A stretch of DNA of 64,000 nucleotides from NCBI RefSeq assembly GCF_006345805.1, contig NC_043002.1, forward strand, positions 20,708,001-20,772,000. The letters run 5' to 3'. Under the pieces are notes generated by a model. It worked only from the letters and a program-made list of their open reading frames with translations, was not told where the DNA came from and did no database searches. The position numbers and the translations under genes were made by a program. The DNA is from Octopus sinensis. Lineage: Eukaryota. This document shows positions 12,353 to 25,492 of the stretch, piece by piece (position 1 is the stretch's first letter; the number at the start of each line of letters is the position of its first letter).

Positions 12353-13064
12353 AAGATAGGTACAGGGCCTGAAATCTTTTTGTGATGGTGAGAGGTAGGT
12401 AGGGGTTAGTCGATTACTCCCCCCACCCGCCACATTCCCCATTGCTCAACTGGTATTTATTTTATCGACTTCGAACGAATGAATGGCAAAGTCGACCACG
12501 GGGATTTGAAGTAAGAACGTAAAGATGGACGAGATACCACTACGCATTTTGTCCGTCATGTTAACGAGTTCGCCAGCTCGCCGCCTTATTCGCCACCTTT
12601 ATAATAGTTTCAAATCTTGGTCAAGGCCTGTAAGTGTAAAGGAAGAAGATAATCGATTATATCGACCGCAGTACACAGTTGATACTTACTTTATCGACCC
12701 CGAAAGAATGATAAGCAAAATGGACCTCGGTGGAATCTGAACTCAGTACATGGACAGCCGGAAAAAATGCTGCCAAATATTTTGTCCGGCTCGCTAGCCA
12801 TTCTGTCAGCTTAACGCCTTTAGTATCAGTGCTTGTCTTGAAAACTTCAGAGGAAGAATTGTTTTCTTTAAAAAGTTATGTTTTGGCATTGAAATTTAAA
12901 TTTCGGCCTTTTAAATCTTTCAAAACGTTTCATTCTTTAAAAAACTATGAATCATCTAAAGAAAAATTAATTTTACGAATTAGCTAAGTAATAAAATAAG
13001 ACAATAGTTATTTTCCAAGGAAACTGAAAAACATTGATTTCTTTAGCCATCATAACCCGTTGTT

Positions 13065-13400
13065 TATTTGCTTAGAAGGACAGATTTATTTGAATCAGGG
13101 AAGTATTGGCGTTTTGCCTCAGAAACTTGGAGAGCAAACTAATGATGCTGTTCATTTTTGAAACATTCTGATTTTGTAGCATCTTGAATCAAAACAAACC
13201 CTGCGCCTCATTCAACATGGTCATTAACTGTTGCTAAACGTAGCAATGATATTTTTTTATCCTTTTTGCGGCAATATTATCTTCCTTGTTCTTCGGATAG
13301 TGGCAGGATCTTCATCCAAGAACTCTTCTGAAAGTACAAGTCTATGAAACATCTCCAACGGAGTTTTCTCGTGTATTGATTTCACATCTATTCTGAGTTC
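13065..13400 (-). pseudogene. Decayed DNA-transposase C-terminal fragment (hAT-like, possibly hATm type)
   Basis: The minus strand reads ATVNDHVE*GAGFVLIQDA...KNEQHH*FALQVSEAKRQYFPDSNKSVL, resembling the VNDxAERxVxLIQD...LQVVExxRxxxP motif I recall from hAT-like transposases. It has in-frame stops. Confidence 0.4.
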
Positions 13401-13866
13401 TCTTTGGCTTTTTTTTTCCTTCGTTTTATTTTTAAAACTACTAGCATAGCCATTTTGTTTAACAAACTTCTTTTATTCTATAAAATGTGAGAGAGGGAGA
13501 AATATATTTCTTTGCGTTGTATTATAATTGGCATCTCTTGTCAAGAGTATAGGTGACAGTCAGATTGCTGATGTTTGTTCTGACCTCCGATGCCGTTATT
13601 TGATTGCCGTTATTTTGTGCGTCTGTGTGTAAAGATCAGCTGTGTTTTGCAGGGTTGTTTTATTTTTACCTGTAACTAAGAAACGGAGAAAGACATAAAA
13701 TTATTAGCCATTTTAGAGCTTAGAAATAATGCGGGAAAACGTGAAATTCTTCGAGTATCTTATGGGAAATCTGTGATGACCCCGAGTGACGCTAATGACC
13801 TGGAGTCACCCCTCTCTCTCTCCCTCTCCCTTTCTCTCTTTCTCTTTCTCTCTCTCTCTCTCGCTC

Positions 13867-13897
<31 letters not shown>

Positions 13898-14001
13898 CAT
13901 ATCTTGCCTTTAGGTTTTAATTGTTAACGAGCCACCTATATTATAGTATATGTGATATAGTTTTAATATATTAATATAGTTTAATATCTTATTGTGTACA
14001 C

Positions 14002-14043
<42 letters not shown>

Positions 14044-14856
14044 TCACACATACACACACACACATACACACATACACATACATATATATATATATATATA
14101 CGACGGGCTTCTTTCAGTTTCCGTCTACCAAATCCACTCACAAAGCTTTGGTCGGCCCGAGGCAATAGTAGAAGACACTTGCCCTAGGTGCCACGCAGTG
14201 GGACTGAACCCGGAACCATACGGTTCGTAAGCAAATGAAAAAACAACGATGATAAAAGACAGGGCAAAAACAATAACGCGAGGACGTGGTACGTCCAAAA
14301 TATTAATAAGACGCTCTGAGAAGGAAAGAAAGAGTGGTTGTTTTACGTTTTGAGCAAAGCTCTTCTTCGGAAACAGGAGACATAGGAAAGTCCAAAAGAA
14401 AAGGAAGGAGGAGGGAATATACATATACTTATATATATATACGTCGGGCTTCTTTTCGTTTCCGCTTACTATAATCCACTCACAAGGCTTTGGTCGGACC
14501 GAGATTATAGTAGAAGACACTTGCCCAAGGTGCAACGCAGTGGGACTGAACTCAGACCGGTGTGGTTAGGAAGCAAACTTCTTTCCACACATCCGCGTAT
14601 ATTATGTAAAAATATATAGTGTGTGCGTGTGCATATGTGTCAATACACACACATACATATTTATATACACATATATACATGTGTGTGTATATATATGTAT
14701 GTAGATGTGTATATAAATGTGCGTATATATATATATGCATTTAAATGTCGCTGGGTGTATATGTATATGTATACACACACATATACATACACATGCAGAG
14801 ACACATGTTTTTCATGCTAGTCACATGTTTGTGTGCATGTGCTTTCATATCTGTCT

Positions 14857-14887
<31 letters not shown>

Positions 14888-15129
14888 GTTGGGGGTGCGT
14901 TCATTATTCTTTTCTCTGACGTGAGGTGTGAGAAGGAAAAAGAATTTATCAGAGAGTGTGATGTGTGATATTTAGGGATGATGGACCAATCACTTCAGCT
15001 TCGGCATGTGATACCTTTAGAATGTGTCACGTCCTTCGTTGTGTGACATGTGCTACATGAAAAAAAAAAAAAAAACGAAAAAATGAAAGCAAAAACAGAA
15101 CAAAGCAAATTATTGCCCATCTAATGCCA

Positions 15130-15322
15130 TCCACTACATCACGATCGAGATCATGCCATCACCAGCACCAGCACCAACATCACCTTCGTCATCGTCGACA
15201 TCATCATCATTGGTACCACCATCGACGTCACTGTCATTGTTGCCGTCATCACAACCATTGTCACATGTCATCATCACATCATCATCATCATCAACATCGC
15301 CATCATCATCATCATCGCCATC

Positions 15323-15379
<57 letters not shown>

Positions 15380-15421
15380 GCCATCATCATCGCCATCATC
15401 ATCGCCATCATCATCGCCATC

Positions 15422-15475
<54 letters not shown>

Positions 15476-15595
15476 GCCATCATCATCGCCATCATCATCG
15501 CCATCATCATCGCCATCATCATCGCCATCATCATCACCATCATCATCATCATCATCATCATCATCGCCATCATCATCGCCATCATCATCGCCATC

Positions 15596-15641
<46 letters not shown>

Positions 15642-15650
15642 CCATCATCA
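15130..15650. repeat. (CAT)n microsatellite with interspersed CGC units
   Basis: Directly visible; it explains the poly-His, poly-Ser and poly-Met ORFs. Confidence 0.95.
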
Positions 15651-15879
15651 TAACCTCTTTCACCACCTCTTCATCCTGCGTATGCGTAGTCATTGGATCT
15701 GGTAGACATAACAGCCAAATTTTGATATTCCAGCTTAACGTCTTTAAAAATGAAAATGATGTGACGGTCACGGTATTTGATACTGCTGAGGTTAATCGCC
15801 AATATTACACGCTCAAACACTAACAGTACTTTACGGTCATTGAATCCGAGTCGTTATCATCAATACCACTACCATCGCT

Positions 15880-16230
15880 ATTACCATCAAAGCCAACACC
15901 ATTATCACTACAATCAACACCACCGCCGCCGCTACCACCATCGCTACCGCTACCGCCACCGCCACCACCACCACCACCACCACTACCACCACCACCATCA
16001 TCACTATTGTCATCACTGTTATCAACACTACCACCATCACAGCCACCTCCACAACCACCACCGCCACCACCACACCACCACCACCACCACCACCACCACC
16101 ATCACTACTATCAACAATACTCACCACCATCGCCGCCACCACAGCTACCACAACAACCCCACCGCCGCCAGCACTACCCTCCACCTCCACCACCATCGCC
16201 TCTACCAACGCTACCACCACCACACACAAT
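15880..16230. repeat. Degenerate (CAC/CCA)n microsatellite
   Basis: Directly visible. Confidence 0.9.
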
Positions 16231-16585
16231 TATAGAAAGGTCAAAAGCATTATTTACAACCCTGAGCCAATACGTGAATCTGCATCTGCTAGAAAAAATA
16301 GTCAAGTCACCCTTACGTCATCTCCTCTCTTAAAGGCAAAGCGCGTTGTTTCATGAAGTCGTACATCCCGTTAGAAAGACGAAATGGTCATAGTTGGAAT
16401 GTCTTTGATCGTAGATCTGCGTGATTAGGGTTGACGTGAGGCAGAAAACAACAAAAACAACAATCACCTATACTAACACCTCAACAGCAATCACGCACCA
16501 TCAATCTAGCATCCATTGCACCATTAATAGCTTTCACCACCACCACCGCCACCACCACCACGACCAACAACAACAACAACAACAA

Positions 16586-16743
16586 GCAGGAGTAGCTGTA
16601 TGGTAAGTAGCTTGCTTACCAACCACATAGTTCCGGGTTCAGTCCCACTGCGTGGCACCTTGGGCAAGTATCTTTAACTATAGCCTCGGGCCGATAAAGC
16701 CTTGCGAGTGGATTTGGTAGACGGAAACTGAAAGAAGCCCGTC

Positions 16744-16781
<38 letters not shown>

Positions 16782-16783
16782 TA

Positions 16784-16836
<53 letters not shown>

Positions 16837-16837
16837 G

Positions 16838-16868
<31 letters not shown>

Positions 16869-17065
16869 GTATGTTTGTGTGTCTGATTTTGTCCCCCCCC
16901 CCCCACCATCGCTTGACAACCAACGTTGGTGTGTTCACGTCCCCGTAACTTAGCGGTTTGGCAAAAGAGACCGATAGAATAAGTACTAGGCTTACAAAGA
17001 ATAAGTCCTGGGGTCGACTAAAGGCGGTGCTCCAGCATGGCCGCAGTCAAATGACTGAAACAAAT
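16586..17065 (+). mobile_element. Family B SINE copy with an expanded internal (TA)n
   Basis: Head and 3' module flank an internal TA tract of about 130 bp. Confidence 0.8.
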
Positions 17066-17390
17066 ACAAGAAAAAAAGAAAAAATAACAACAATAACAGC
17101 AACTAGTCAACGAAGTAATTTCTGCGTGGTCTCTCGATCTGCTAGAAATAGATGTTCTTCAAATCTGATCATGTCGTTCAAAAAATCTCAAGTTAGGATT
17201 AGGAGATGACGCATGCAATGTCTGACTGAAAATTATGCTGCGATGCCTTAGACCTTAGCTCGGCTCACCCAAAACCCAGCTGGGCTAAATATCGCACCCA
17301 CCCCTTCAACAACAATTAAAGCCGCAGCAACAACAGCATTGGCACCATCATTTCTATCGATTTTTTTTTTTTACCCAAATTTTTACCCAA

Positions 17391-17780
17391 GGCGCAGGTG
17401 TGGTTGTGTGGTTAGAAGCTTGCTTACCAACCAGATGGTTCCGGGTTCAGTCCTATTACGTGACACCTTGGGCAAGTGTCTTCTACTATAGCCTCGAGCC
17501 GACCAAAGCCTTGTGAGTGGATTTGGTAGACGGAAACTGAAAGAATCCCGTCGTATATATGTATATATATGTGTGTGTATGTGTTTGTGTGTCTGTGTTT
17601 GTCCCCCTAGCATTGCTTGACAACCGATGCTGGGTGTGTTTAAGTCCCCGTAACTTAGCGGTTCGGCAAAAGAGACCGATAGAATAAGTACTAGGCTTAC
17701 AAAGAATAAGTCCTTGGGTTGATTTGTTCGACTAAAGGCGGTACTCCAGCATGGCCACAGTCAAATGACTGAAACAGGTA
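17391..17780 (+). mobile_element. Family B SINE copy
   Basis: Full head-to-tail match to the other copies. Confidence 0.85.
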
Positions 17781-18526
17781 TAAGTGTAAAGTGGAAGTGG
17801 AAGTGTAAATTCCATAACAATAGACTCGGTGCATCATGCCTCATCCTTAATTCCCATTGACATCATCAAGACATTTGACTTCAGTCCTCGCTACCCACTT
17901 ATAAACAAAGCGCTAAAGAACACCCCTTGAAAAACAACAAAGAGGACGGGTCACCAACCTTGTTTAGTGTACTGCAACAACACACCTAGAATCTCCAGTT
18001 TCTGAAATGGCGTGAAACAATGATCTGTCTTTCTAGCCACTCTTTTTAAATTATTCATCCACGACCTTCCCATGCATTTACGGAACAGTTAGACAGCTTC
18101 ATCGTAAAATCACAATCAACCACTTAAAAACCTGGCACTCCAGGCAAACGGTCAAAATGTAGCACCTTCCAATTAATTCCATTACTTCCTTCTTTAACAG
18201 CACCAAAAAGGCATAAAATACATTACGTAACGAAGAACGTAAACAGCATCACACATACAAATACGAAAAGAAAAACAAGACAAATTAAAACTAGAATTAT
18301 CTACAGCACTTCTGGAACATAGAAGTACTGTAGGTAATTCTAGTATCTGGAATCTGCAATTTCCCAAATTATATCTTACAAAGATCCATCTCGTAATAGC
18401 TACTCTTTTTAAAATTCATACCTCCACGAATTTCTCACACCCTCACGACATATTCATACAACCTCATAGGCAGGTGATATCACAGGTGATATCTCTACAT
18501 TATTCCGTGATAGAGCTGCACGTCTG

Positions 18527-18576
<50 letters not shown>

Positions 18577-18577
18577 A

Positions 18578-18631
<54 letters not shown>

Positions 18632-18933
18632 TTATCTAACTATCTATCATCATCATTATCTTTTACTTGTTTCAGTCATTTGACTGCGGCCATGCTCTAT
18701 GCTCCCTACTCAGTTCCGATAAACATTAAAAAAAAACCCTAAGGATGTTCAGCAACAGCACTGGACTCTCGTAGTTTATCAAACCTGTCTGGGCCCTCAG
18801 TCTCTGTAATATACACAAAAACCCCATCAACAAAGAACTCAAAATAGTTGGTTCTAGTCTCGTCAGAGGGTGTTCAAAAAGCCAAAATACTTTTCTTCGA
18901 TGCACAGTAAAAAAGATAACTGTCGAGGAACAT

Positions 18934-19542
18934 CAGCGCTGGATTAACCATTAAGCAAAATAAGTACTGCTTGGGGCATCACGGGAAGGAGTGGAGCACC
19001 ACAGAAATGGTAAATAGTTTACCGTACAAAAGAAATAACTTTAAATTTGTTAAAATAATATTGAAAATCGTTTAATGAATGGAAATATTATTTTAAAGTG
19101 TCCTTGGTGTCATAGTGAGGATCTGATCAAAGACTTTGCAATTACAAGAATCAGGAGAAAACTTTCCAAACATAAATAAGATGAAAGTATACAAAAATAA
19201 ACATTATTTCCATCTTAATATCAGTTTTGTTTTGTTTTGAAAAATAAAAATATATATTTTATGGTTTATTATTGTTTATATCTTAAATTACATATATATG
19301 GCGCGGGGGCTGGGCCGGCCCTAGGGTTGCTGGCACCCCTGGCAAGCTGAGCTTTGGTGTGTACAAACTGACGGTCATGAAATTCCCTTGTCCTTGTCAT
19401 GCCCTCCTTGGGGCTCCCTAGCACATGGCACCCCTGGCGACTACCCGAGTTGCTGATACCTTGACCCGGTCCTGATGGCGGGGGGGGGGTCACAAAAATC
19501 TTTTAAGTGCTTAAGGTCTCTATGGGTCTTAATCTGGCCCTG
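18934..19542 (+). mobile_element. hAT (Tip100-like) internally deleted element
   Basis: Ends are CAGCGCTGGATTAA and TTAATCTGGCCCTG, with an 8-bp TSD AGGAACAT / GGGAACAT (7 of 8 match). The interior keeps a transposase-like last stretch DLIKDFAITRIRRKLSKHK*. Confidence 0.7.
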
Positions 19543-20314
19543 GGGAACATGCGCAATAGTATTTAACAGAACACTTGATTTCAGATAGTGTGGATTTCAG
19601 ATGGTGTAGCTGCAGAATAAAATATATTCCTTCACACACTGAAATTCATAGCCGCAGAATATATTTAAGATATAAACTGCTAATCCCGCCAAATATTACG
19701 AAGAAATGATTATCTCCCTTGGACTAACTCTGCGCTTAGGCTGCGGTCCTTAATCTCTTTTGAACTAGGGACTCGTTTCATGCAAGACTATTCTTTTCCC
19801 AGACCGGGGGATCACGCGCATAACAAAACATACAAGAACATAATTTATAATTTAATTATTACTTGAATTATACATATAAATTGCACATAAAATACATATA
19901 TGTTACACATGTAATACGCATATAATGCAAAACCACCCAGCAGACTGTGATGGTCAATAAAATAGAAATAGAATTTTAAAATTTATTTCTTTGCGGTCCA
20001 GTCCATGATTAAGTGTTTTTGTCCGTGATTAAGTGTTTTGGCGCCTCTGAGATAGAGGACTGCACGTGACTATGATAATTAGGAATGCAAAATACATGGT
20101 CACATACTGATCATGTATAAAGAGGAAAATCTCCTTTTTATTAGTTTTCATTCTCTACCTATTTTGGTTAATATTGCGTAGAATTCTTCTCATTATGGAA
20201 TTGGATGGAACGGATCAAATATGACCAAATGCTTTTCATTTTCAATTTTTCATATTATTTCCTTCAGTTTAATGTTCCATGCGATGTTGGGGCTGACATT
20301 TATTCTGTATTGAC

Positions 20315-20722
20315 ATAGGCGCAGGAGTGGCTGTGTGGTAAGAAGCTTCTTTACCAACCACATATGGTTCCGGGTTCAGTCCCACTGCGTGGCACCTTGG
20401 GCAAGTGTCTTCTACTATAGCCTCGGGCCGACCAATGGCTTGTGAGTGGATTTGGTAGACGGAAACTGAAAGAAGCCCGTCGTATATATGTATGTATATA
20501 TATATATATATGCGTGTGTGTGTTTGTGTGTGTGTGTTTGTCTCCCTAGCATTGCTTGACAACCGATGCTGGTGTGTTTATATCCCCGTTACTTAGCGGT
20601 TCGGCCAAAGAGACCGATAGAATAAGTACTGGGCTTACAAAGAATAAGTCCCGGGGTCGATTTGCTCGACTGAAGGCGGTACTCCAGCATGGCCGCAGTC
20701 AAATGACTGAAACAAGTAAAAA
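20315..20722 (+). mobile_element. Family B SINE, near-consensus copy
   Basis: GGCGCAGGAGTGGCTGTGTGGTAAG...GGGTTCAGTCCC head, (TA)(TG) core, and a 3' module ending GACTGAAACAAGTAAAA. Confidence 0.85.
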
Positions 20723-21060
20723 GGTAAAAAAAGGTATATATAAAATTTATTTCATTATCGTTTCCATTTTGCTTCTTCCCATTTTAATCAAGGCGGTGTC
20801 CCATTCCACTGACTGAAACAAAGTATAAGAGTAAAGATTTATCAATCAAAAGACAACAACCCCACCCTCGTTCTCTTTCTCCCTCTCACAAACTCTCACC
20901 ACACACACACTCAGTAAAAGAGTATACACGTTATTCTTACAGTCTTTTCTTAGATTCAGTCATGAAACTGCGACCATGCGAGAGAAGCATCATATAAATG
21001 TCTTCGTTTTATATAGGTCTGTACGTATTTATATATTTACTCTCTCCCCTTCTCTTACTC

Positions 21061-21099
<39 letters not shown>

Positions 21100-22865
21100 C
21101 TACCCGTCTAGTCTGCCAGTATTCCCCTGTACACACCACACCCCTCTAAGTCACCCTAGCTCTGTCTCACCTTCGGTCTTCTCTTCATTTCCCTTCTCTC
21201 GTATGTTTACATACGTTGAAGTCATCAGTCAACAGTTTCATCCAACCGTCCGGTCACCAGTTCACCAACTCGCCGTCCTGCTTATCTCTGTCTCTCAGTC
21301 TCAGCCTCCCTCGCCCTTCTCACCCTTTGTCTGGCTTCTCCTCTTCCCCTCCTCTCTCTCTCTCTCTTTGTCTCTAGTCAGTTCAAATGTCCCATCATTT
21401 CCTACATCAATCACCAACAAACCAACCACCAACCAACCAACTTACAGGACGCCGTAGTCAAATATATATCGTTAAAATTAAGAGGGGTTGGTGTAAGTAG
21501 CACAGATACTGGCTGGTTGTGGTGATCTTGCAGGTGATAGCGAAAGTGGTGGTGGTGGTGGTGGTAGCGGTGGCCATAATCTGGGTGGTTGAGCTAGTGA
21601 TGGTGATAATAGCCGTAGTGTTCTGTGTTAATGATGTGATAGAGGTGGTATTAGTGGTGTTGGTTACAATGAAGGGTGGTAGTGGAGGATAGGGCAGACA
21701 TTTCTATGTTGGTGGCAGGGTTTCGTTTTATTACGCGTTCTTTTATTCTTTTATGCTTTTACTAGTTTCAGTCATTTGACTGCGGCCATGCTGGAGCATC
21801 ACCTTAAAGGGTACCGTCTTAAAGAGCACCGCCTTAAAGTCGAAGAAATCGGCCCCAGGACTTGTTCTTTGTAAGCCTAGTACTTATTCTATCGGATCTC
21901 TTTTGCCGAACCGCTATGTTAAGGAGACGTTAACACACCAACATCGGTTGTCAAGCGATGGTAGAGGGACAAACACAAATACACACACACATAAAGATAT
22001 GCATATCATTTTCTTTTATTTTTTCTTTTACTTGTTTCAGTTATTTGACTGTGGCCATGCTGGAGCACTACTTTTAGTCGAACAAATCAACCCTAGGACT
22101 TATTCTTTCTAAGTGACGGGGACGTTAACACACCAACATCCATTGACGGTGTGATCATTTTGAAGATAGTCAATAAACACATTTTTTTTTTGCATTAACA
22201 TATAGTATATGTAATAATGAGAAGTATATTTTCTATATTAAATTTTTAGTTTCAGAAATATATCAAGTGAAGCAAACATAAACAGTAAAAATCCAAATTG
22301 CAAGTATTTCAAAATGTGGGACACTACATGAGAAAAACTTACAAAAGAGAAAGAAAATAGTGCTTGGGTTTCAAAGGTATGATAAAAGGGATCAAGTAAA
22401 GGATAGAAAGATGAGATAGAAGTGAAGGAAGATAGAAGGAAAGAAAAGAATGAAAAGTGAAAAGATAAACTTGGGGTCTGAAGTGAATGCTAGGCAGGAG
22501 ATGAAACAAAATACATGTCCTACCTATGCACTGGTCAAATAGAAAAAAGATGAATGATAAAAAATTGGATGGTCTTTTGGGACCAAAAAGTGAAGAGAGA
22601 CAGAGTGGAATAGAGAAGGTTGGGAAAGAGCAAGTACGAAGAAAGGGGGAATGTGGAGAGAAAAGGGGATAAAAATAGACAGCAGGTAGTTGACAGAGAT
22701 GGACAGAGGAAGAAATGGAATGTAGTAAAGAGAGAGAGGCAGATAGAAATATATGCATATGTATATGCTTTTAATTTTGATGTTGACGATGCTTCAGTTC
22801 AGTAATAAATCTTTCTAGAGAATTCTCTTGGGAATTTTATGAACCGCTTCATCAGTAAATATTTT

Positions 22866-23287
22866 GGGGGAAGGTGGCGAGCTGGCAGAATCGTTAGCAC
22901 GCCGGACGAAATGTTTAGCAGAATTTCGCCCGCCGTTACGTTCTGAGTACAAATTCCGCCGAGGTCGACTTTGCCTTTCATCCTTTCGGGGTCGATTAAA
23001 TAAGTACCAGTTACGCACTGGGGTCGAAATAATCGACTTAATCCGTTTGTCTGTCTTTGTTCGTCCTCTCTGTGTTTAGCCCCTTGTGGGTAGTAAAGAA
23101 ATAGGTATTTCGTCTGTCTTTACGTTCTGAGTTCAAATTCCGCCGAGGTCGACTTTACCTTTCATCCTTTCGGGATCGAAAAGTTAAGTACTAGTTTGAC
23201 ACTGGGGTCGATGTAATCAACTTAATCACTTTGTCTGTCCTTGTTTGTGCCCTCTATGCTTAGCCCCGTGTGGGCAGTAAAGAAATA
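22866..23287 (+). mobile_element. Family A SINE head-to-tail dimer
   Basis: One unit with head GGCGAGCTGGCAGAATCG...GAGTACAAATTCC followed directly by a second unit lacking the A-box. Both share the core GTCGACTTT(G/A)CCTTTCATCCTTTCGGG. Confidence 0.8.
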
Positions 23288-23734
23288 TATTTTGTCCTTT
23301 GTTCTTGTTTTGAGAAGAAACCTAATTTCAAGCAACTTTTTACAGATCAACTTTTAGATACTCTTTTCTAAACCTGGTAAAGTATGTAGGGGTGCAAATT
23401 TTGATTTTGCACCCACTAAAAATTTTAGGGAGGCAAACGCACCACCTGTGCCCTCTGTTCCTGGGCCCTCGATAGTGGAAGACACTTGTGCAAAGTGCTG
23501 CACAATGAGACTGAACCTGCAACCAAGTGGTTGGGAAACAAACTTCTTGCCCCTAGCGGTGTAGGTATCGTGTTGAAAACGACCAATAGTTGGTTGTGGC
23601 TGTGTTGGTGTTAGTAGTGATGATGCTAATACGTTGGCTGTAATGATAGTGTCGGTTGAGGTAATGTTTTGGGGGTGGAGGTGGTAGGCAGTGAAATGAC
23701 GAATCTGAGACCCCTTCGGTCACGACACAGACCA

Positions 23735-24045
23735 TGAGATTGCATCTAGAAAGTTACCCTCCCAAGCACAAGTCCGGGCAAGGTTGTTTATGGAAGGCCA
23801 GCAGTCGCCCATGCATACCGGCCGCCCCTCTCCACGCCACCAGTGTTATCCAAGAGAAAGGCAAAGGCCGATACAGCTTGGTACCTGTGACGTCGCAACT
23901 CATTTCTACAGCTGAGTGAACTGGAGCAACTTGAAATAAAGTGTCTTGCTTAAGAACACAACACGCAGCCCGGTCCGGGATTCGAGCTCACAACCTCACG
24001 ACCGTAAGCTCGACGTTCTAACCATTGAGCCATGCGCCTTCACAT
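23735..24045 (-). mobile_element. tRNA-derived SINE (further family)
   Basis: Minus-strand head GAAGGCGCATGGCTCAATGGTTAGAACG...GAGCTCGAATCCC followed by a distinct body. Confidence 0.7.
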
Positions 24046-24437
24046 GACGAATAAGGTCCCTATAAAAAGACATCTGTACGTCACTGGATTAATGGTAAAC
24101 GCTTGTACAACGCCAGTATCACTATCTGAGTCTCCGTGTTTTGTACCCAGTGATAGGCAGAAGCAAGACGACCAGTAATCAATCACGTGATACCGCAGGT
24201 TTTACATCAGTGTGTTCCTCTACTAGAAAGGATGTTGTGACAAAAGTTAGAAGTTCTTCCATGCCGGTGGTTTTAATGCACACCCTGACACTAACCAAAA
24301 GTATTTGTGATAAGTGCAGCGCACAAAACTCTCGCCTCTTGAATCACTTGTGTAAATTTCCAGCTGAAATATGATCTAATGTAATGAGTTCTATAGCCTC
24401 CTCTTTGTTGCATTAAACCTACACACACACACACACG

Positions 24438-24475
<38 letters not shown>

Positions 24476-25065
24476 GAGAGAGAGGGAGAGAGAGAGGTGA
24501 GGAGAAAGATAAAGAGAAAGAGAGAGAGAGATAGAGGGGGAGCGGGAGAGAGAAAAGTTGGGACATAGACTGCAAAAAAATTATTTGAATGTCTACAAAC
24601 GAGTCCAAAAACATGCAAAAAAATATTGAACCGTATATACAAACATTTACAAAACGTGTATACAAACGTATATGCAACTATATATGCAAACACACACACA
24701 TATGTATACGGATACATGCAAATATATATATACGAGCATACTACAAACACATCAGTAAGGAGAATGCCAATTGACAGGCAACAATGAGAAAAACATGTAA
24801 GCCAAACAGTTGCTCACAAAAAACTGTAACAATTGACGTACGACATGGAAAACGGATGTATTTGAAGTTAGACAATAAGAAAAGCAATGTTCACAGCCAT
24901 AGCTGTCTTTCAGAACATTCCTGGTTAAGAAATGGAGAAATAATGTAAAATGCAGTAAAAGAAAATAGAAGTTAAAAATAATATAAATGATAAGTGAACG
25001 TTTTGTAAAGTAAAATAATTCTGTTTGTCTGTTGGTGTCAGTCTATCAATCTAAAGTAAAACGTT

Positions 25066-25157
<92 letters not shown>

Positions 25158-25175
25158 TTCAGTCTGTCTGTCTGC

Positions 25176-25289
<114 letters not shown>

Positions 25290-25308
25290 GCCTGCCTGCC
25301 CCTGCCTG

Positions 25309-25357
<49 letters not shown>

Positions 25358-25492
25358 TCCATTTAGTGATTACTACACACCCTAAAGCTAAGGGGTCATT
25401 TTATGCACAAGCAATCAGTTATTCTCAGAATGATATCATAGGGATCGGATAGGCACAATCTCTACCAGTTCAGACACTTGGGATATAGTTTG

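Noticed and set aside
15124-16333. Long His-, Ser-, Met- and Val-rich ORFs (up to 193 aa)
   Set aside because: They are trinucleotide microsatellites that are open in several frames on both strands, with no coding signature.
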